Notes: generated from the sequence alone by a model not told the origin. Shown: positions 1-10,997, counted from the first letter of the whole stretch. The stretch: DNA of 62,168 bases, filler included, from 4 parts of 4 records of this genome joined end to end with filler, not necessarily neighbours in it; one strand, 5' to 3'. Made by a program: numbers and translations.

Positions 1-55
1 GATTTGCAAAATATCAAAAAAAAAACAACGCTATAAAATAATTTAAGTGGTTAAT

Positions 56-1084
56 TTATTGCATTTCTCCTCGCAAGGAGGTTTCAAATATGGTTTTGAA
101 GCTGTTAGGTGAAATATTTTGTCCTAATAAATACATTAATTTTGCTAATGCAGTTTCTGTAGTGCAATCTTTTGCACTAATAACCCCCAGTTTTTTAAGC
201 TCCGTACTCGTTTCATAAAGTCCCATACTTACACTTCCGCCAGAGCATTGGGTTACATTTATAACTGGAATTCCTTTTTTTATAACCTTTTTAAGAGGGT
301 TTAAAAACCAATCGGCCGTAGTTACATTCCCACTTCCATAAGTTTCAAGAACCAATCCTTTTATATCTGGGTACTCAAAAAGATACTTTATAGTAGCCTC
401 ATCAATCGCTGGAAACATTTTCACTAAAAGTATGTTGCTTTCCAATTTTTTATGAACTTTAAGCTTTTTTCTTCGGTTTGGGCGGTATAATGCTTCATTA
501 TTTACAACCAAATGCACCCCGCTCTGAACCAATTCCGGATAATTTAAAGACGCAAAAGCTTCAAAATGCTCTGCATTTATCTTTGTTGTTCTATTAGCGC
601 GGTACAATTTATACTCAAAGTAAAGACCAACTTCTGCAATCTTTGAAACACCTTTTTCTTGAAGTGCTGCAATCTGTATTGATGTAATTAAATTTTCTTT
701 TGCGTCTGTACGCAAATCGCCAATTGGCAATTGTGATCCTGTAAAAATTACAGGTTTGCCTAGATTCTCTAACATAAAGCTTAATGCAGAGGCGGTGTAG
801 CTCATGGTATCACTTCCGTGAAGCACCACAAAACCATCCATACTTTCGTAATTAGCCTCAATAATAGTAGCAATGTCCACCCAATATTTTGGACTCATAT
901 TCGAACTATCAATTGGTTCTGGGAACGACGTAGTAGTAATAACACAATCTAGAAGCTTAAGCTCGGGTATGTGATTTAGCAATTCGTCAAAATTAAAATT
1001 ACGTAATGCCCCGGTTTCAAAATCTTTTATCATCCCGATAGTTCCACCCGTATATATAAGGAGTATGTTTGCTTTTTTTGTCAT
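56..1084 (-). CDS. ansA: Type I (cytoplasmic) L-asparaginase
   Basis: YTGGTIGM and HGSDTM catalytic motifs, plus DSSN and GSQLP. Start trimmed to ATG at 1084 (MTKKANILL) to avoid overlap with tatD. Confidence 0.92.
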   Translation of the reverse strand: MTKKANILLIYTGGTIGMIKDFETGALRNFNFDELLNHIPELKLLDCVITTTSFPEPIDSSNMSPKYWVDIATIIEANYESMDGFVVLHGSDTMSYTASALSFMLENLGKPVIFTGSQLPIGDLRTDAKENLITSIQIAALQEKGVSKIAEVGLYFEYKLYRANRTTKINAEHFEAFASLNYPELVQSGVHLVVNNEALYRPNRRKKLKVHKKLESNILLVKMFPAIDEATIKYLFEYPDIKGLVLETYGSGNVTTADWFLNPLKKVIKKGIPVINVTQCSGGSVSMGLYETSTELKKLGVISAKDCTTETALAKLMYLLGQNISPNSFKTIFETSLRGEMQ

Positions 1085-1103
1085 ATTTATTATACCTAAT
1101 ATT

Positions 1104-1868
1104 TTATATTCCAAAAATCACTTTTGAATTTTCGGTGGTTGTACGTGCAATTTCTTCTTCTGAAACTTCGTAAAGTTCTGAAAGTTTTTTGCAAACCAAT
1201 GCCAAATAACCGCTTTCGTTCCGTTTTCCTCGGAAAGGAACTGGAGAAAGATAGGGGGAATCGGTTTCTAAAACGATATGTTCTAGCGGAATTTGACTTA
1301 AAAAAGTATCAATTTTTCCATTCTTAAAAGTAACCACGCCACCAATACCAAGCTTCATATTGTAAGAAATTGCTTTTTGGGCTTGCTCGAAAGTTCCTGT
1401 GAAACAATGAAAAATTCCGAAGAGGTCATCACTCTTTTCACTTTCTAATACTTCAAAAATCTCATCAAACGCATCGCGACAATGTATAACAATTGGTAAT
1501 TTATATTTTTTAGCCAATTGAATCTGCCTTTTAAAAGCTATTTGCTGTATTTCTAAAGTAGCTTTATCCCAATAAAGGTCGATTCCTATTTCACCAACGG
1601 CATAAAAATTTCTTTTTTTAAATTGTGCCTCAACATGCGCCAATTCTTCTTCATAATTTTCTTTTACTGATGTTGGATGCAAACCCATCATTAAAAAAAT
1701 ACTATCAGGATACTGCTTTTCTAAAGCGTACATTGCTTCGGTAGATGCAGAATCTATTGCAGGAATAAAAAAACGATTTACACCAAGATCAAAGGCGCGT
1801 TGCATCATTTGCAACCTGTCTTCATCAAAAGCTTCACTATATAAATGGGTGTGGGTATCTGTCAACAT
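1104..1868 (-). CDS. tatD: TatD-family metal-dependent DNase/hydrolase
   Basis: DTHTHL, GLHP, GEIGID, IHCR, HCFTG and LETDSPY motifs. Confidence 0.93.
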   Translation of the reverse strand: MLTDTHTHLYSEAFDEDRLQMMQRAFDLGVNRFFIPAIDSASTEAMYALEKQYPDSIFLMMGLHPTSVKENYEEELAHVEAQFKKRNFYAVGEIGIDLYWDKATLEIQQIAFKRQIQLAKKYKLPIVIHCRDAFDEIFEVLESEKSDDLFGIFHCFTGTFEQAQKAISYNMKLGIGGVVTFKNGKIDTFLSQIPLEHIVLETDSPYLSPVPFRGKRNESGYLALVCKKLSELYEVSEEEIARTTTENSKVIFGI

Positions 1869-1916
1869 AGCTACAAAGCTACTTATTTTGTTTGCTATCT
1901 TTACACAAAAAAGTTA

Positions 1917-2351
1917 ATGCAATTACGCAAATTTCTTGAAGACCAAGGCTTCAATCGGATACCACTTAAAAAGCTTGCCACTGGCCACTATTTATTTTCA
2001 GCTAAAATAAATGGAGTTTCTGGTGATTTTATACTAGATACAGGCGCTTCCACCAGCTGTGTGGGTTTTACTGAAGGCCCTCATTTTTTATTAATTAGCG
2101 AAGAAAGTAAGATTAAAGCTTCTGGAGCTGGCGCTATAAATATGGAGACTATGCTTTCGCGAAAAAATAAATTTACAATAAATAATTGGGGAATAGCTAA
2201 CATGGATTTTGTGCTTTTTGACCTCTCGCACGTTAATGAAGCACTAGCCCAAGTGCATGAAAACCCAATCCATGGTATTATTGGCGCCGATTTTTTAAAA
2301 GAACACAGAGCGGTAATTGATTATGGTAGAAATTGTTTCTATATCCGATAG
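1917..2351 (+). CDS. Retropepsin-like (clan AA) aspartyl protease
   Basis: FILDTGAS active-site motif and C-terminal GIIGADFL. Likely start ATG 1917 (MQLRKF), divergent from tatD. Confidence 0.85.
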   Translation: MQLRKFLEDQGFNRIPLKKLATGHYLFSAKINGVSGDFILDTGASTSCVGFTEGPHFLLISEESKIKASGAGAINMETMLSRKNKFTINNWGIANMDFVLFDLSHVNEALAQVHENPIHGIIGADFLKEHRAVIDYGRNCFYIR

Positions 2352-2422
2352 AAAGAAATTAAGTTACTGTTTATTTATAAGTTTTTTAGTACTTTTATGT
2401 TCTCCCCCCAAATCAACATCCT

Positions 2423-4429
2423 TTGAAGAAATTACTTTCATTGCTTTTCTTTATTGCTATGTATTCCTTTTCGGGGTATGGTCAGGATATTTTACACTAT
2501 GAAAGAATTGCAGCTACTACAAATGACAATTCAGTTAAACTAGAGGCCCTAGACAGTATTTTAATCCGGACTTTCGCTACAAATCCTAAATTGTTTATTA
2601 ATTACAGCCTTGAGTATATAGCCTTGGCTCAAGAAGTTGATAGCATTGAATGGGCTGCTAAAAAAGCCATGAATTTGCAATACCCCCTTACCAATGCCGC
2701 AAATGATCCGCTAAAAGCTATAACAGTAATAAATAGCGTCCTTGCTAGAAAATATAAAATAAAAGACAGCCTATTGCTTGGTGGGCTTTATATAAAAAGA
2801 GGAAAAGCTAACACAAAGGTTGACCTTAAAGAAGCGATAAAAGATTATAATAAAGCGCTTGAAAATTTTTCAATAAACGACTGCCTTAATATTGCAGACA
2901 CCTATCTTTTTAGAGGACAAGCATATTCTAACTTAGGAAGATTTGTAAAGGCAAGTGAAGATTTTTCAAGAGCATACACCTTATATGAAGACAAGCAAAA
3001 ATACAATTATATGGTGTTTGCACAACAGGGCGTCATTAGCATGTTTAGCATGAATGGGTTTTATGATAAAGCCAAAATAGAACGTGATGCGCTAATTGAA
3101 AAAATGAAATTTTTAGAATTAAATTCTTTTCTGTCAAACGAATATTACAATCAAGCTTTAGACTATAAGAAAACTGGAGCAAGCAATTTAGAACTTAAGT
3201 ATTTACTTATGGCTGAAGAAGCTTTTGACGAAAAAGGGTCTGGTCAAGCTACATTTATAGGTATTCATGCTAGATTGATTGAATATTATTGTGAACACAA
3301 CCAACTCACTGAAGCCAAAACGCATCTTGATCTTTTAAATAATCTAGATATTGATTTAACCAAAAACCCTTTAGCTGAATTAAATTTTTTAAGCGGAAAA
3401 GGAAAATACCTTCAAACAATAGGAGAATATGAAGAAGCACTAAAAATTATTCAAAAAAAACTAAATGTTGCCAAAAAGCTTGGTTTGGAAGACGAAATAA
3501 TGAGCTCCTACTCATTTCTTTCAGACCTATATTATGATTTAGGAGATTATAAAAATAGCATTGAAAATAAAAAAGCTTCAAATGAAATAAAAGATTCCTT
3601 ATACAACCGAAGTACCGCATACGCATTAGCATATTACCAAACACTTTACGAAACTGAAAAAAAAGAAAAGGAATTGGTCGAAAAAACCACCAGCATAACC
3701 TTACTAGAAAAAGACAATGACAGTTTTAAAAAAGCAATACTTTTTGGTGGCATCGCAATCCTTTTGGGCTTTGGGTTAATAATATTGTACCGTAACCAAC
3801 GGCATTTAAAAAACAACAAAATTCTACAAGAAAAGTTCAGCCAAGAACTCCTTATTTCACAAGAAGGAGAACGAAGAAGAATATCAAAAGATTTGCATGA
3901 CGGGATTGGTCAGCAACTATTAGTTATAAAAAATAAACTTATCGCCACTGGTGATGCAGACACTAAAAAAATGGTAGATCACACTATTGAAGAGGTTCGT
4001 ACCATTTCTAGAGATCTGCATCCATTTCAATTACAAGAATTAGGCATCACAAAAGCCATTGAAAACACGCTTAATTTAATTGATGAAAACACAACGCTTT
4101 TCATTTCTGCGGAAATAGACAATATTGACAATTTGTTTTCAAAAGAAGACGAAATAAATATCTATAGAATTGTTCAAGAAAGTTTAAGCAACATCATTAA
4201 ACACGCTAATGCTGAAGCAGGAAAGGTTTCTGTGAAAAAATTCTCTAACAACATCCTTATTTCTATTCGTGATAATGGTGTTGGTTTTGATTTTTCAGAG
4301 AAGTATCAGGATGTTAAATCACTCGGACTTAAAACACTTTTGGAACGCACCAAATTTTTAAAGGGTCAGATGAAAGTAACTTCCAAAAAAGATACAGGCA
4401 CCGTTCTTGAATTTCAATTTCCACTATGA
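2423..4429 (+). CDS. TPR-containing sensor histidine kinase (HisKA_3/NarX type)
   Basis: Signal peptide, TPR-like helical region, one TM segment, H-box RRRISKDLHDGIGQQL, ESLSNIIKHA, DNGVGF and GLKTLLER. Confidence 0.92.
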   Translation: MKKLLSLLFFIAMYSFSGYGQDILHYERIAATTNDNSVKLEALDSILIRTFATNPKLFINYSLEYIALAQEVDSIEWAAKKAMNLQYPLTNAANDPLKAITVINSVLARKYKIKDSLLLGGLYIKRGKANTKVDLKEAIKDYNKALENFSINDCLNIADTYLFRGQAYSNLGRFVKASEDFSRAYTLYEDKQKYNYMVFAQQGVISMFSMNGFYDKAKIERDALIEKMKFLELNSFLSNEYYNQALDYKKTGASNLELKYLLMAEEAFDEKGSGQATFIGIHARLIEYYCEHNQLTEAKTHLDLLNNLDIDLTKNPLAELNFLSGKGKYLQTIGEYEEALKIIQKKLNVAKKLGLEDEIMSSYSFLSDLYYDLGDYKNSIENKKASNEIKDSLYNRSTAYALAYYQTLYETEKKEKELVEKTTSITLLEKDNDSFKKAILFGGIAILLGFGLIILYRNQRHLKNNKILQEKFSQELLISQEGERRRISKDLHDGIGQQLLVIKNKLIATGDADTKKMVDHTIEEVRTISRDLHPFQLQELGITKAIENTLNLIDENTTLFISAEIDNIDNLFSKEDEINIYRIVQESLSNIIKHANAEAGKVSVKKFSNNILISIRDNGVGFDFSEKYQDVKSLGLKTLLERTKFLKGQMKVTSKKDTGTVLEFQFPL

Positions 4430-5064
4430 TAAACTCTTCACCATCTATTATTATCGCAGACGATCATCCTTTATTATTGAAAGGGTTAAACGATTTTTTG
4501 GTGGAAAAAAACTACAATATCTTAGGCAGTGGAAACGACGGGAGAGAAGCTTACAACCTAATTACTCAGAAAAAACCAGACATCGCAATATTAGATATAC
4601 AAATGCCATATATGTCTGGGCTTGAAATTGCACAAAAATGTAAAGACAAAACTATAGAAACTAAAATTGTATTGATAACTCTTCATAAAGAAAAAGAGCT
4701 ATATCAAAAAGCACAAGAATTAAATATATTTGGGTATATATTGAAAGAGTTTGCACTCGAAGAAATTGAAAATTGCATAAAAACCGTTTCCTCAGGCGCT
4801 CCTTTTTTTAGCGATCGAATTAAAGAACTTATAGGTGTAAGCATTGTTGAAGATAACGAATTAGACCTACTTACGCCTTCAGAAAAAAAGATTTTAAAAC
4901 TCATCGCCAAAGATAAAACGAATAAAGAAATAGCTTCACAACTTTTCATTTCATATAGAACAGTTGAAAAACACCGGAGTAATATTATTACCAAACTTAA
5001 TATTGAACCCAAAACAAATAGCCTTCTTATTTGGGCAAAGGAAAATCACAAAAAACTACTATAA
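4426..5064 (+). CDS. NarL/LuxR-family response regulator
   Basis: ADDH...ILDIQMP receiver domain and C-terminal LuxR HTH (LTPSEKKILKLIA...TNKEIASQLFISYRTVEKHRSNI). ATGA overlap with the kinase. Confidence 0.93.
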   Translation: MINSSPSIIIADDHPLLLKGLNDFLVEKNYNILGSGNDGREAYNLITQKKPDIAILDIQMPYMSGLEIAQKCKDKTIETKIVLITLHKEKELYQKAQELNIFGYILKEFALEEIENCIKTVSSGAPFFSDRIKELIGVSIVEDNELDLLTPSEKKILKLIAKDKTNKEIASQLFISYRTVEKHRSNIITKLNIEPKTNSLLIWAKENHKKLL

Positions 5065-5086
5065 CTCCCCCTTAAAAATTGAAATT

Positions 5087-5102
5087 TACGTGTTAACACG
5101 TA
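5087..5102. promoter_or_regulatory. Perfect 16-bp palindrome, candidate response-regulator operator
   Basis: TACGTGTTAACACGTA directly downstream of the NarL-type gene. Confidence 0.5.
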
Positions 5103-5250
5103 TTTCATATATCCCTCAAATAATAGACTTTTACCTTATGAAGAAAATTTTATGACAATTAAAATGTTATAAAACTGGTATATAAAGTTTCATATATTAA
5201 GATTGATTAATTACGTTTTTTATTACTAGAGAAAGTATTCTAACTAACCA

Positions 5251-5280
5251 AAAAAACCCGGCCAATTGGCCGGGTTTTTT
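5251..5280. terminator. Bidirectional intrinsic terminator
   Basis: Perfect 30-bp palindrome AAAAAACCCGGCCAATTGGCCGGGTTTTTT between the convergent regulator and sucB. Confidence 0.85.
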
Positions 5281-5299
5281 AATTTATAGGTTATTTATT

Positions 5300-6526
5300 T
5301 TATAATTCTAAGGCACGTTTTACATTCGAATCCATTAAAAGTTCTTCTGGATTTTCTAACGCTTCTTTAATAGCAACTAAGAACCCAACAGATTCTCTAC
5401 CATCAATAATTCTATGATCGTAAGAAAGTGCTAAGTACATCACAGGCGCAACAACAATTCCACCATCTTTAACAATAGCACGCTCAACAATATTATGCAT
5501 TCCTAAAATCGCTGATTGCGGAGGATTTATAATTGGAGTAGATAACATACTTCCAAAAACACCTCCATTAGAAATTGTGAAAGTACCTCCAGTCATTTCA
5601 TCTACTGTAATTTGCCCATCACGTGCTCTAATTGCAAGTCTTTTTACTTCATCTTCAACACCTCTAAAGCTTAGATTTTCAGCATTTCTAATAACTGGAA
5701 CCATCAACCCTTTTGGCCCAGAAACTGCAATTGAAATATCTTTAAAATCGTAGGTAATCATGTAATCACCATCAATCATTGAGTTTACATCTGGATAAAG
5801 ATCTAACGCACGTACAACTGCTAAAGTGAAAAACGACATAAAGCCAAGCCCTACCCCATGTTTTTGTTTAAATTGCTCTTTATATTGATTTCTTAAATCA
5901 AAAATTGCAGTCATATCTACTTCATTAAAAGTAGTTAGCATTGCAGTTTCATTTTTTGCAGAAACCAAACGCTCAGCCACTTTACGCCGAAGCATTGATA
6001 ATTTTTTTCGTTCACTTCCACGACTTCCAGAACCTGGTGTACCCATAGAAGGTGTTGCATTTACAGCATCATCTTTGGTAATACGACCATCGCGGCCGCT
6101 ACCTTTTACATCTTTTGAAGCAACTCCTTTTTCATCAAGAATTTTCTTAGCAGCTGGAGATGCTGTTCCTGTTGCATACGTTTTAGTATCTTCTTGTTTT
6201 GGAGCAGAAGGTTTTGAAGCAGCTTCTTTTTTAGGTGCTTCTTTTTTCTCTTCTTTTTCAGAAGAAGCATCACTTCCACTAGGTTTTTTAGCATCAGTAT
6301 CTATAATACAAACCACATCACCTACTGCAACAAGGTCTCCTTCTTCAGCTTTTAAAGTGATTATACCACTTGCCTCTGCTGGAAGTTCTAACGTAGCTTT
6401 ATCGCTATCTACTTCAGCAATTGCCTGATCTTTTTCAACATAATCGCCATCCTCAACTAACCAGGATGCTATTTCAACTTCGGTGATGGATTCTCCCGGA
6501 GATGGGACTTTCATTTCTAATGCCAT
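5300..6526 (-). CDS. sucB: 2-oxoglutarate dehydrogenase E2 (dihydrolipoamide succinyltransferase)
   Basis: Lipoyl domain (EVDSDKAT), E3-binding GSGRDGRITK, catalytic YDHRIIDG. Confidence 0.97.
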   Translation of the reverse strand: MALEMKVPSPGESITEVEIASWLVEDGDYVEKDQAIAEVDSDKATLELPAEASGIITLKAEEGDLVAVGDVVCIIDTDAKKPSGSDASSEKEEKKEAPKKEAASKPSAPKQEDTKTYATGTASPAAKKILDEKGVASKDVKGSGRDGRITKDDAVNATPSMGTPGSGSRGSERKKLSMLRRKVAERLVSAKNETAMLTTFNEVDMTAIFDLRNQYKEQFKQKHGVGLGFMSFFTLAVVRALDLYPDVNSMIDGDYMITYDFKDISIAVSGPKGLMVPVIRNAENLSFRGVEDEVKRLAIRARDGQITVDEMTGGTFTISNGGVFGSMLSTPIINPPQSAILGMHNIVERAIVKDGGIVVAPVMYLALSYDHRIIDGRESVGFLVAIKEALENPEELLMDSNVKRALEL

Positions 6527-6610
6527 ACTATTGTTATTTAATATAAACCTATGTTTACTCTTTTTTAAATTTAATTTCTTTTTTGTCTTTCTTTAAAATT
6601 TTTAGAAAAA

Positions 6611-9382
6611 CTAATCCATATTTTTATCAAAAACGTTTTCAATCACTTTAGCGTGTCGCGCTTTTGATCGTACTGAACTACCAGCTGCTGGTGCTGCATA
6701 CATTTTTCTACTACAAACTCTAAAGTTTCTAGCTTCTTCAAAATGCATCAATACATGTGAATACGCACCCATGTTTTTAGGTTCTTCTTGTGCCCAAACA
6801 ACATCGTCAGCATTTTTATATTTCTTTATTACGTGCTTCATTGCATCAGTAGGCAAAGGGAATAACTGCTCTACACGCACTAAAGCTACGTCATCTCTAT
6901 TAAGTTCTTCCCTTTTCTCAAGAAGATCGTAATAAAATTTTCCTGTTACAAAAACTAATGTTTTCACCTTTGCTGCTTTTGCTTCAGCATCATCAATTAG
7001 CATTTGAAAACTACCGTTTGCAAATTCTTCTTTCGTTGAAACCACTTTTGGGTGACGAAGCAAACTCTTTGGAGTAAAAACAATTAAAGGTTTGCGGTAA
7101 TTCACTTTTAATTGTCTTCTGAAAAGATGAAAAAGGTTCGCAGGTGTAGTAACATCTGCTACAAACATATTATCTGTTGCACACAACTGAAGGTAGCGCT
7201 CCATTCTTGCTGAAGAGTGTTCTGCACCCTGCCCTTCATAACCGTGTGGCAAGAGCATAATCAATCCATTTTGAAGCTTCCATTTATCTTCGGCTGCTGA
7301 AATGTATTGATCAATCATTATCTGCGCCCCATTACTGAAATCGCCAAATTGTGCTTCCCAAATGGTAAGTGTATTTGGACTTGCCATGGCATACCCATAA
7401 TCAAAACCTACAACACCATATTCAGAAAGTAACGAATTATAGATGTAAAAATCTCCTTGGTCGCCTTTTAAGTTATTTAAAAGCACCACTTCTTCTTCGC
7501 TATCTTCAACTTTTATAACGGCATGACGGTGCGAAAAAGTTCCGCGTTCTACATCTTGCCCACTCATCCTTACGTCGTGTCCTTCTTTTAACAAGGTTCC
7601 GTATGCAAGCAATTCGCCCATTGCCCAATCTAGTTTATTATCTTCAAAATACATGGTGTGCCTTGATTCAACTAGTCTAGCTATTTTTCTTAGAAATTTT
7701 TTGCTTTCTGGAAGTTTAGTAATTACTTCAGCAATTTCATCAAGTTCTTTAATAGCAACCTTGGTGTCAACGTCTTCCATCATTTTATCCTCTTCGGCAT
7801 ACTCATAGCCTTCCCATTCATCTTGCATAAATGGAGTGATGGTCGTTTTATCTTCTTTTCTGGAATTTTCTAAATTTTCTTCCAGTTTGTCTTTGTATTC
7901 CTGTTCTAATTTAGAGGTGTAATCTGCATCTATAACACCTTGTGCAATAAGTTCATTCGCATAAATATCGCGCGGGTTTTCGTGCTTTGCGATTGCTTTA
8001 TAAAGTTTTGGCTGTGTAAAACGTGGCTCATCACCTTCGTTATGTCCATATTTTCTGTACCCTAGTAGGTCTATAAAAACATCGCGGCCAAATTCCATTC
8101 TAAAATCTAAAGCAAACAACATGGCGTGTACAACGGCTTCAACATCATCCGCATTTACGTGAAGTATTGGTGAAAGGGTCACTTTTCCAACATCTGTACA
8201 ATAAATAGAAGAACGTGCATCTAAGTAATTGGTTGTAAAACCAATTTGATTATTAACCACTATATGAATGGTTCCACCCGTTTTGTAGCCTTCTAATTGC
8301 GCCATTTGCACAATTTCATATACCAAACCTTGTCCAGCAATTGCAGCATCTCCGTGTACAATTATTGGCAAAACACTGCTTGGTGCTTCTTTATAATGAT
8401 CGTCTTGTTTGGCACGAGCAATTCCTTGAACTACAGCGCCTACCGTTTCTAAATGTGAAGGGTTTGGAGCAATATTTAAATTTATTTCCTTGCCCGATTT
8501 AGTATTTCGCTTAGACGTCCAACCCAAATGATATTTAACGTCTCCATCAAAAATGTCTTGCGCATAATCTTTTCCATCAAACTCACTAAAGATATCTTTT
8601 GCGCTTTTTCCGAAAATATTTGTCAACGTACTTAAACGTCCACGGTGCGCCATACCCATTACAAATTCTTTAACGCCTTTTTCTGCGGCATTTTCAATAA
8701 GCGTATCTAGTGCAGGAATTAAGCTTTCGCCACCTTCCAATGAAAAACGCTTCTGACCAACATATTTTGTATGAAGAAAGCTTTCAAAAGAAACCGCTTC
8801 ATTTAGCTTTTGAAGAATGTGTTTTTTGTGCTCTCCTGTAAAACTTGGCTGGTTATCGTTTACGTTCAACTTTTGCTGAATCCATTGAATTTCGTCCGGC
8901 CTACGGATATACATATATTCAATTCCAATAGAATTACAATAAATACTTTCAAGATGTTTTATTATTTCTTCTAAAGTTGCTTCCCCAATTCCAATAATTT
9001 CACCTGCTTTAAAAGTAGCTTTTAGGTCGTGTTGAGAAAGTCCGAAATTTTCCAACGCCAAGGTTGGACTATATTTTCTACGTTCGCGAACGGGATTTGT
9101 TTTGGTGAAAAGGTGCCCTCGGGTTCTATAACCATCTATCAGTTTTACAACTTGAAATTCCTTTACAACATCCTCACAGATTGCGCCAACGTCGTACTGT
9201 TGTGTAGGAACATCTCCAGAAACACCAAAAAATTCTTCAGCGCTATTTTCTGATCCAAAATCGAAACCTTGGAAAAAAGCGCGCCAACTTGGTTCAACGC
9301 TGTCTGGGTATTGTAAATATTTTTCGTAAAGTGCTGCGACGTCCGAAGGATGAACCGCATTTAAGAATGAAAATTTATCCAT
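6611..9382 (-). CDS. sucA: 2-oxoglutarate dehydrogenase E1
   Basis: KRFSLEGGE, GMAHRGRL, HGDAAIAGQG, WEAQFGDF and GQGAEHSSAR motifs; lies upstream of sucB. Confidence 0.97.
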   Translation of the reverse strand: MDKFSFLNAVHPSDVAALYEKYLQYPDSVEPSWRAFFQGFDFGSENSAEEFFGVSGDVPTQQYDVGAICEDVVKEFQVVKLIDGYRTRGHLFTKTNPVRERRKYSPTLALENFGLSQHDLKATFKAGEIIGIGEATLEEIIKHLESIYCNSIGIEYMYIRRPDEIQWIQQKLNVNDNQPSFTGEHKKHILQKLNEAVSFESFLHTKYVGQKRFSLEGGESLIPALDTLIENAAEKGVKEFVMGMAHRGRLSTLTNIFGKSAKDIFSEFDGKDYAQDIFDGDVKYHLGWTSKRNTKSGKEINLNIAPNPSHLETVGAVVQGIARAKQDDHYKEAPSSVLPIIVHGDAAIAGQGLVYEIVQMAQLEGYKTGGTIHIVVNNQIGFTTNYLDARSSIYCTDVGKVTLSPILHVNADDVEAVVHAMLFALDFRMEFGRDVFIDLLGYRKYGHNEGDEPRFTQPKLYKAIAKHENPRDIYANELIAQGVIDADYTSKLEQEYKDKLEENLENSRKEDKTTITPFMQDEWEGYEYAEEDKMMEDVDTKVAIKELDEIAEVITKLPESKKFLRKIARLVESRHTMYFEDNKLDWAMGELLAYGTLLKEGHDVRMSGQDVERGTFSHRHAVIKVEDSEEEVVLLNNLKGDQGDFYIYNSLLSEYGVVGFDYGYAMASPNTLTIWEAQFGDFSNGAQIMIDQYISAAEDKWKLQNGLIMLLPHGYEGQGAEHSSARMERYLQLCATDNMFVADVTTPANLFHLFRRQLKVNYRKPLIVFTPKSLLRHPKVVSTKEEFANGSFQMLIDDAEAKAAKVKTLVFVTGKFYYDLLEKREELNRDDVALVRVEQLFPLPTDAMKHVIKKYKNADDVVWAQEEPKNMGAYSHVLMHFEEARNFRVCSRKMYAAPAAGSSVRSKARHAKVIENVFDKNMD

Positions 9383-9495
9383 GATAAATATGCAAAAGGC
9401 CTTTTATAATAAAACGCTACAAAAATACAATAATTACACAAAAAAGCTGACTCGAATGTATATATTTATAGCACGAATCTCTTAAAGTATTCACA

Positions 9496-10026
9496 ATGAA
9501 AAAGACTGTATTTACACATTTTGGCATATTCTTAATAGCATTACTATTTATTTGTTCAAATAATAGCTACAGCCAACAGAAACAAAATGAGTTTTGGCAA
9601 CATGTTCGTTTTGGTGGCGGTATTGGTTTAAGCTTTGGTGATGGGTTTTTTAGCGGGACACTCGCACCAAGTGCTATCTATGAATTTAACAACCAGTTTT
9701 CTGCAGGAATCGCATTAAACGGAACCTATGCAAGCCTAAAAAATGATACAAATGCAACAATTTTGGGCGGCAGTGTGTTAGCCCTTTATAATGTAATTCC
9801 TGAAATTCAACTTTCTGCAGAGTTTGAAGAATTGAATGTAAATAGAAAATATACCTTTTTGGGAGCTCCAGATATTACTACAAACTATTGGTATCCTGCA
9901 TTATTTTTAGGAGCAGGATTTCGGAGCAATAATTTTACTGTTGGCCTCCGTTATGATGTGCTGTATGATGAAGAGGAAAGTATCTATGCAAGCCCATTTG
10001 CGCCTTTTGTTAGAGTATATTTTTAA
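9496..10026 (+). CDS. Probable outer-membrane beta-barrel protein of unknown function
   Basis: Signal peptide, Gly/aromatic alternating beta-strands, C-terminal Phe (FVRVYF). Confidence 0.65.
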   Translation: MKKTVFTHFGIFLIALLFICSNNSYSQQKQNEFWQHVRFGGGIGLSFGDGFFSGTLAPSAIYEFNNQFSAGIALNGTYASLKNDTNATILGGSVLALYNVIPEIQLSAEFEELNVNRKYTFLGAPDITTNYWYPALFLGAGFRSNNFTVGLRYDVLYDEEESIYASPFAPFVRVYF

Positions 10027-10997
10027 ACATTTCGTTGCATTAAATTGTCTCCAAACTTCCGAAACAATTCCTTTTTTTCATCTGAAACAGCTATTTCATC
10101 TAAAATTGAATACGCTAAATTACTGTAGTTTTTAATTTCATCTTGTGTTTTAGCAGCAGCTCCAGAAGCAACAAAAATTTCTTTTACTGTCGAAATTTTA
10201 TCCGTTGGATCGTTCGGATTAATACTAAAAAGATGCTCAAGTTCTTCGGCTTGTGCTTGGGTACTTGCATCGATTGCCAATAAATAAAGGATGGTTTTTT
10301 TATTCGAAATAATATCGCCACCTACTTGCTTTCCAAATGTTTCTGGATCACCAAAAACATCTAAATAATCATCTTGCAATTGAAAAGCAATACCTAAATT
10401 TCTTCCAAATTGGTATATTTTTTCTTTATCTCCTTCTGAAGCCTCCCCAACAATAGCGCCCATTTTCATTGCTGCACCTAGCAAAACTGCTGTTTTATGG
10501 TTTATCATGGCTATATATTCTTCGAGCGTTACATCGTATCTAGTTTCAAAATTCATGTCGTGTTGCTGGCCTTCACAAACCTGTAAAGCAGTTTCACTAA
10601 ACACTTTTGCTAGTTCTTGAAACATGGTTGGTTCATAGTTTTCAAAAAACCGATACGCTAAAATCAACATAGCATCTCCAGAAAGAATTGCTGTATTGGT
10701 ATCCCACTTTTCATGAACCGTTTTTTTCCCTCTACGCAAAGGCGCATTATCCATAATATCGTCATGAATCAAAGAGAAGTTATGAAACAACTCTACAGCA
10801 AGTGCTGCATGAATAGCTTTTTTAAAATCATTTCCAAAAAAATCAGACACCATTAAAGTAAGTACCGGACGCAGTCTTTTTCCTCCTAAAGAAAGGATGT
10901 ATTTTATGGGATCATAAAGCTGAATTGGCTCGTTATGAACAACCGCATTGTCTAGATATTCCTGAAGAACAACATTGTATTTTTTTAAAAATTCCAT
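10023..10997 (-). CDS. Polyprenyl diphosphate synthase (GGPP synthase-like)
   Basis: GGKRLRP, FARM HDDIMD, RRG, GQ and SARM QDDYLD motifs. Start trimmed to ATG 10997. Confidence 0.92.
   Translation of the reverse strand: MEFLKKYNVVLQEYLDNAVVHNEPIQLYDPIKYILSLGGKRLRPVLTLMVSDFFGNDFKKAIHAALAVELFHNFSLIHDDIMDNAPLRRGKKTVHEKWDTNTAILSGDAMLILAYRFFENYEPTMFQELAKVFSETALQVCEGQQHDMNFETRYDVTLEEYIAMINHKTAVLLGAAMKMGAIVGEASEGDKEKIYQFGRNLGIAFQLQDDYLDVFGDPETFGKQVGGDIISNKKTILYLLAIDASTQAQAEELEHLFSINPNDPTDKISTVKEIFVASGAAAKTQDEIKNYSNLAYSILDEIAVSDEKKELFRKFGDNLMQRNV

Noticed and set aside
1917..2351. Retropepsin as evidence of a retroelement
   Set aside because: Stand-alone clan AA proteases are ordinary bacterial genes, and there is no RT or integrase nearby on this contig.
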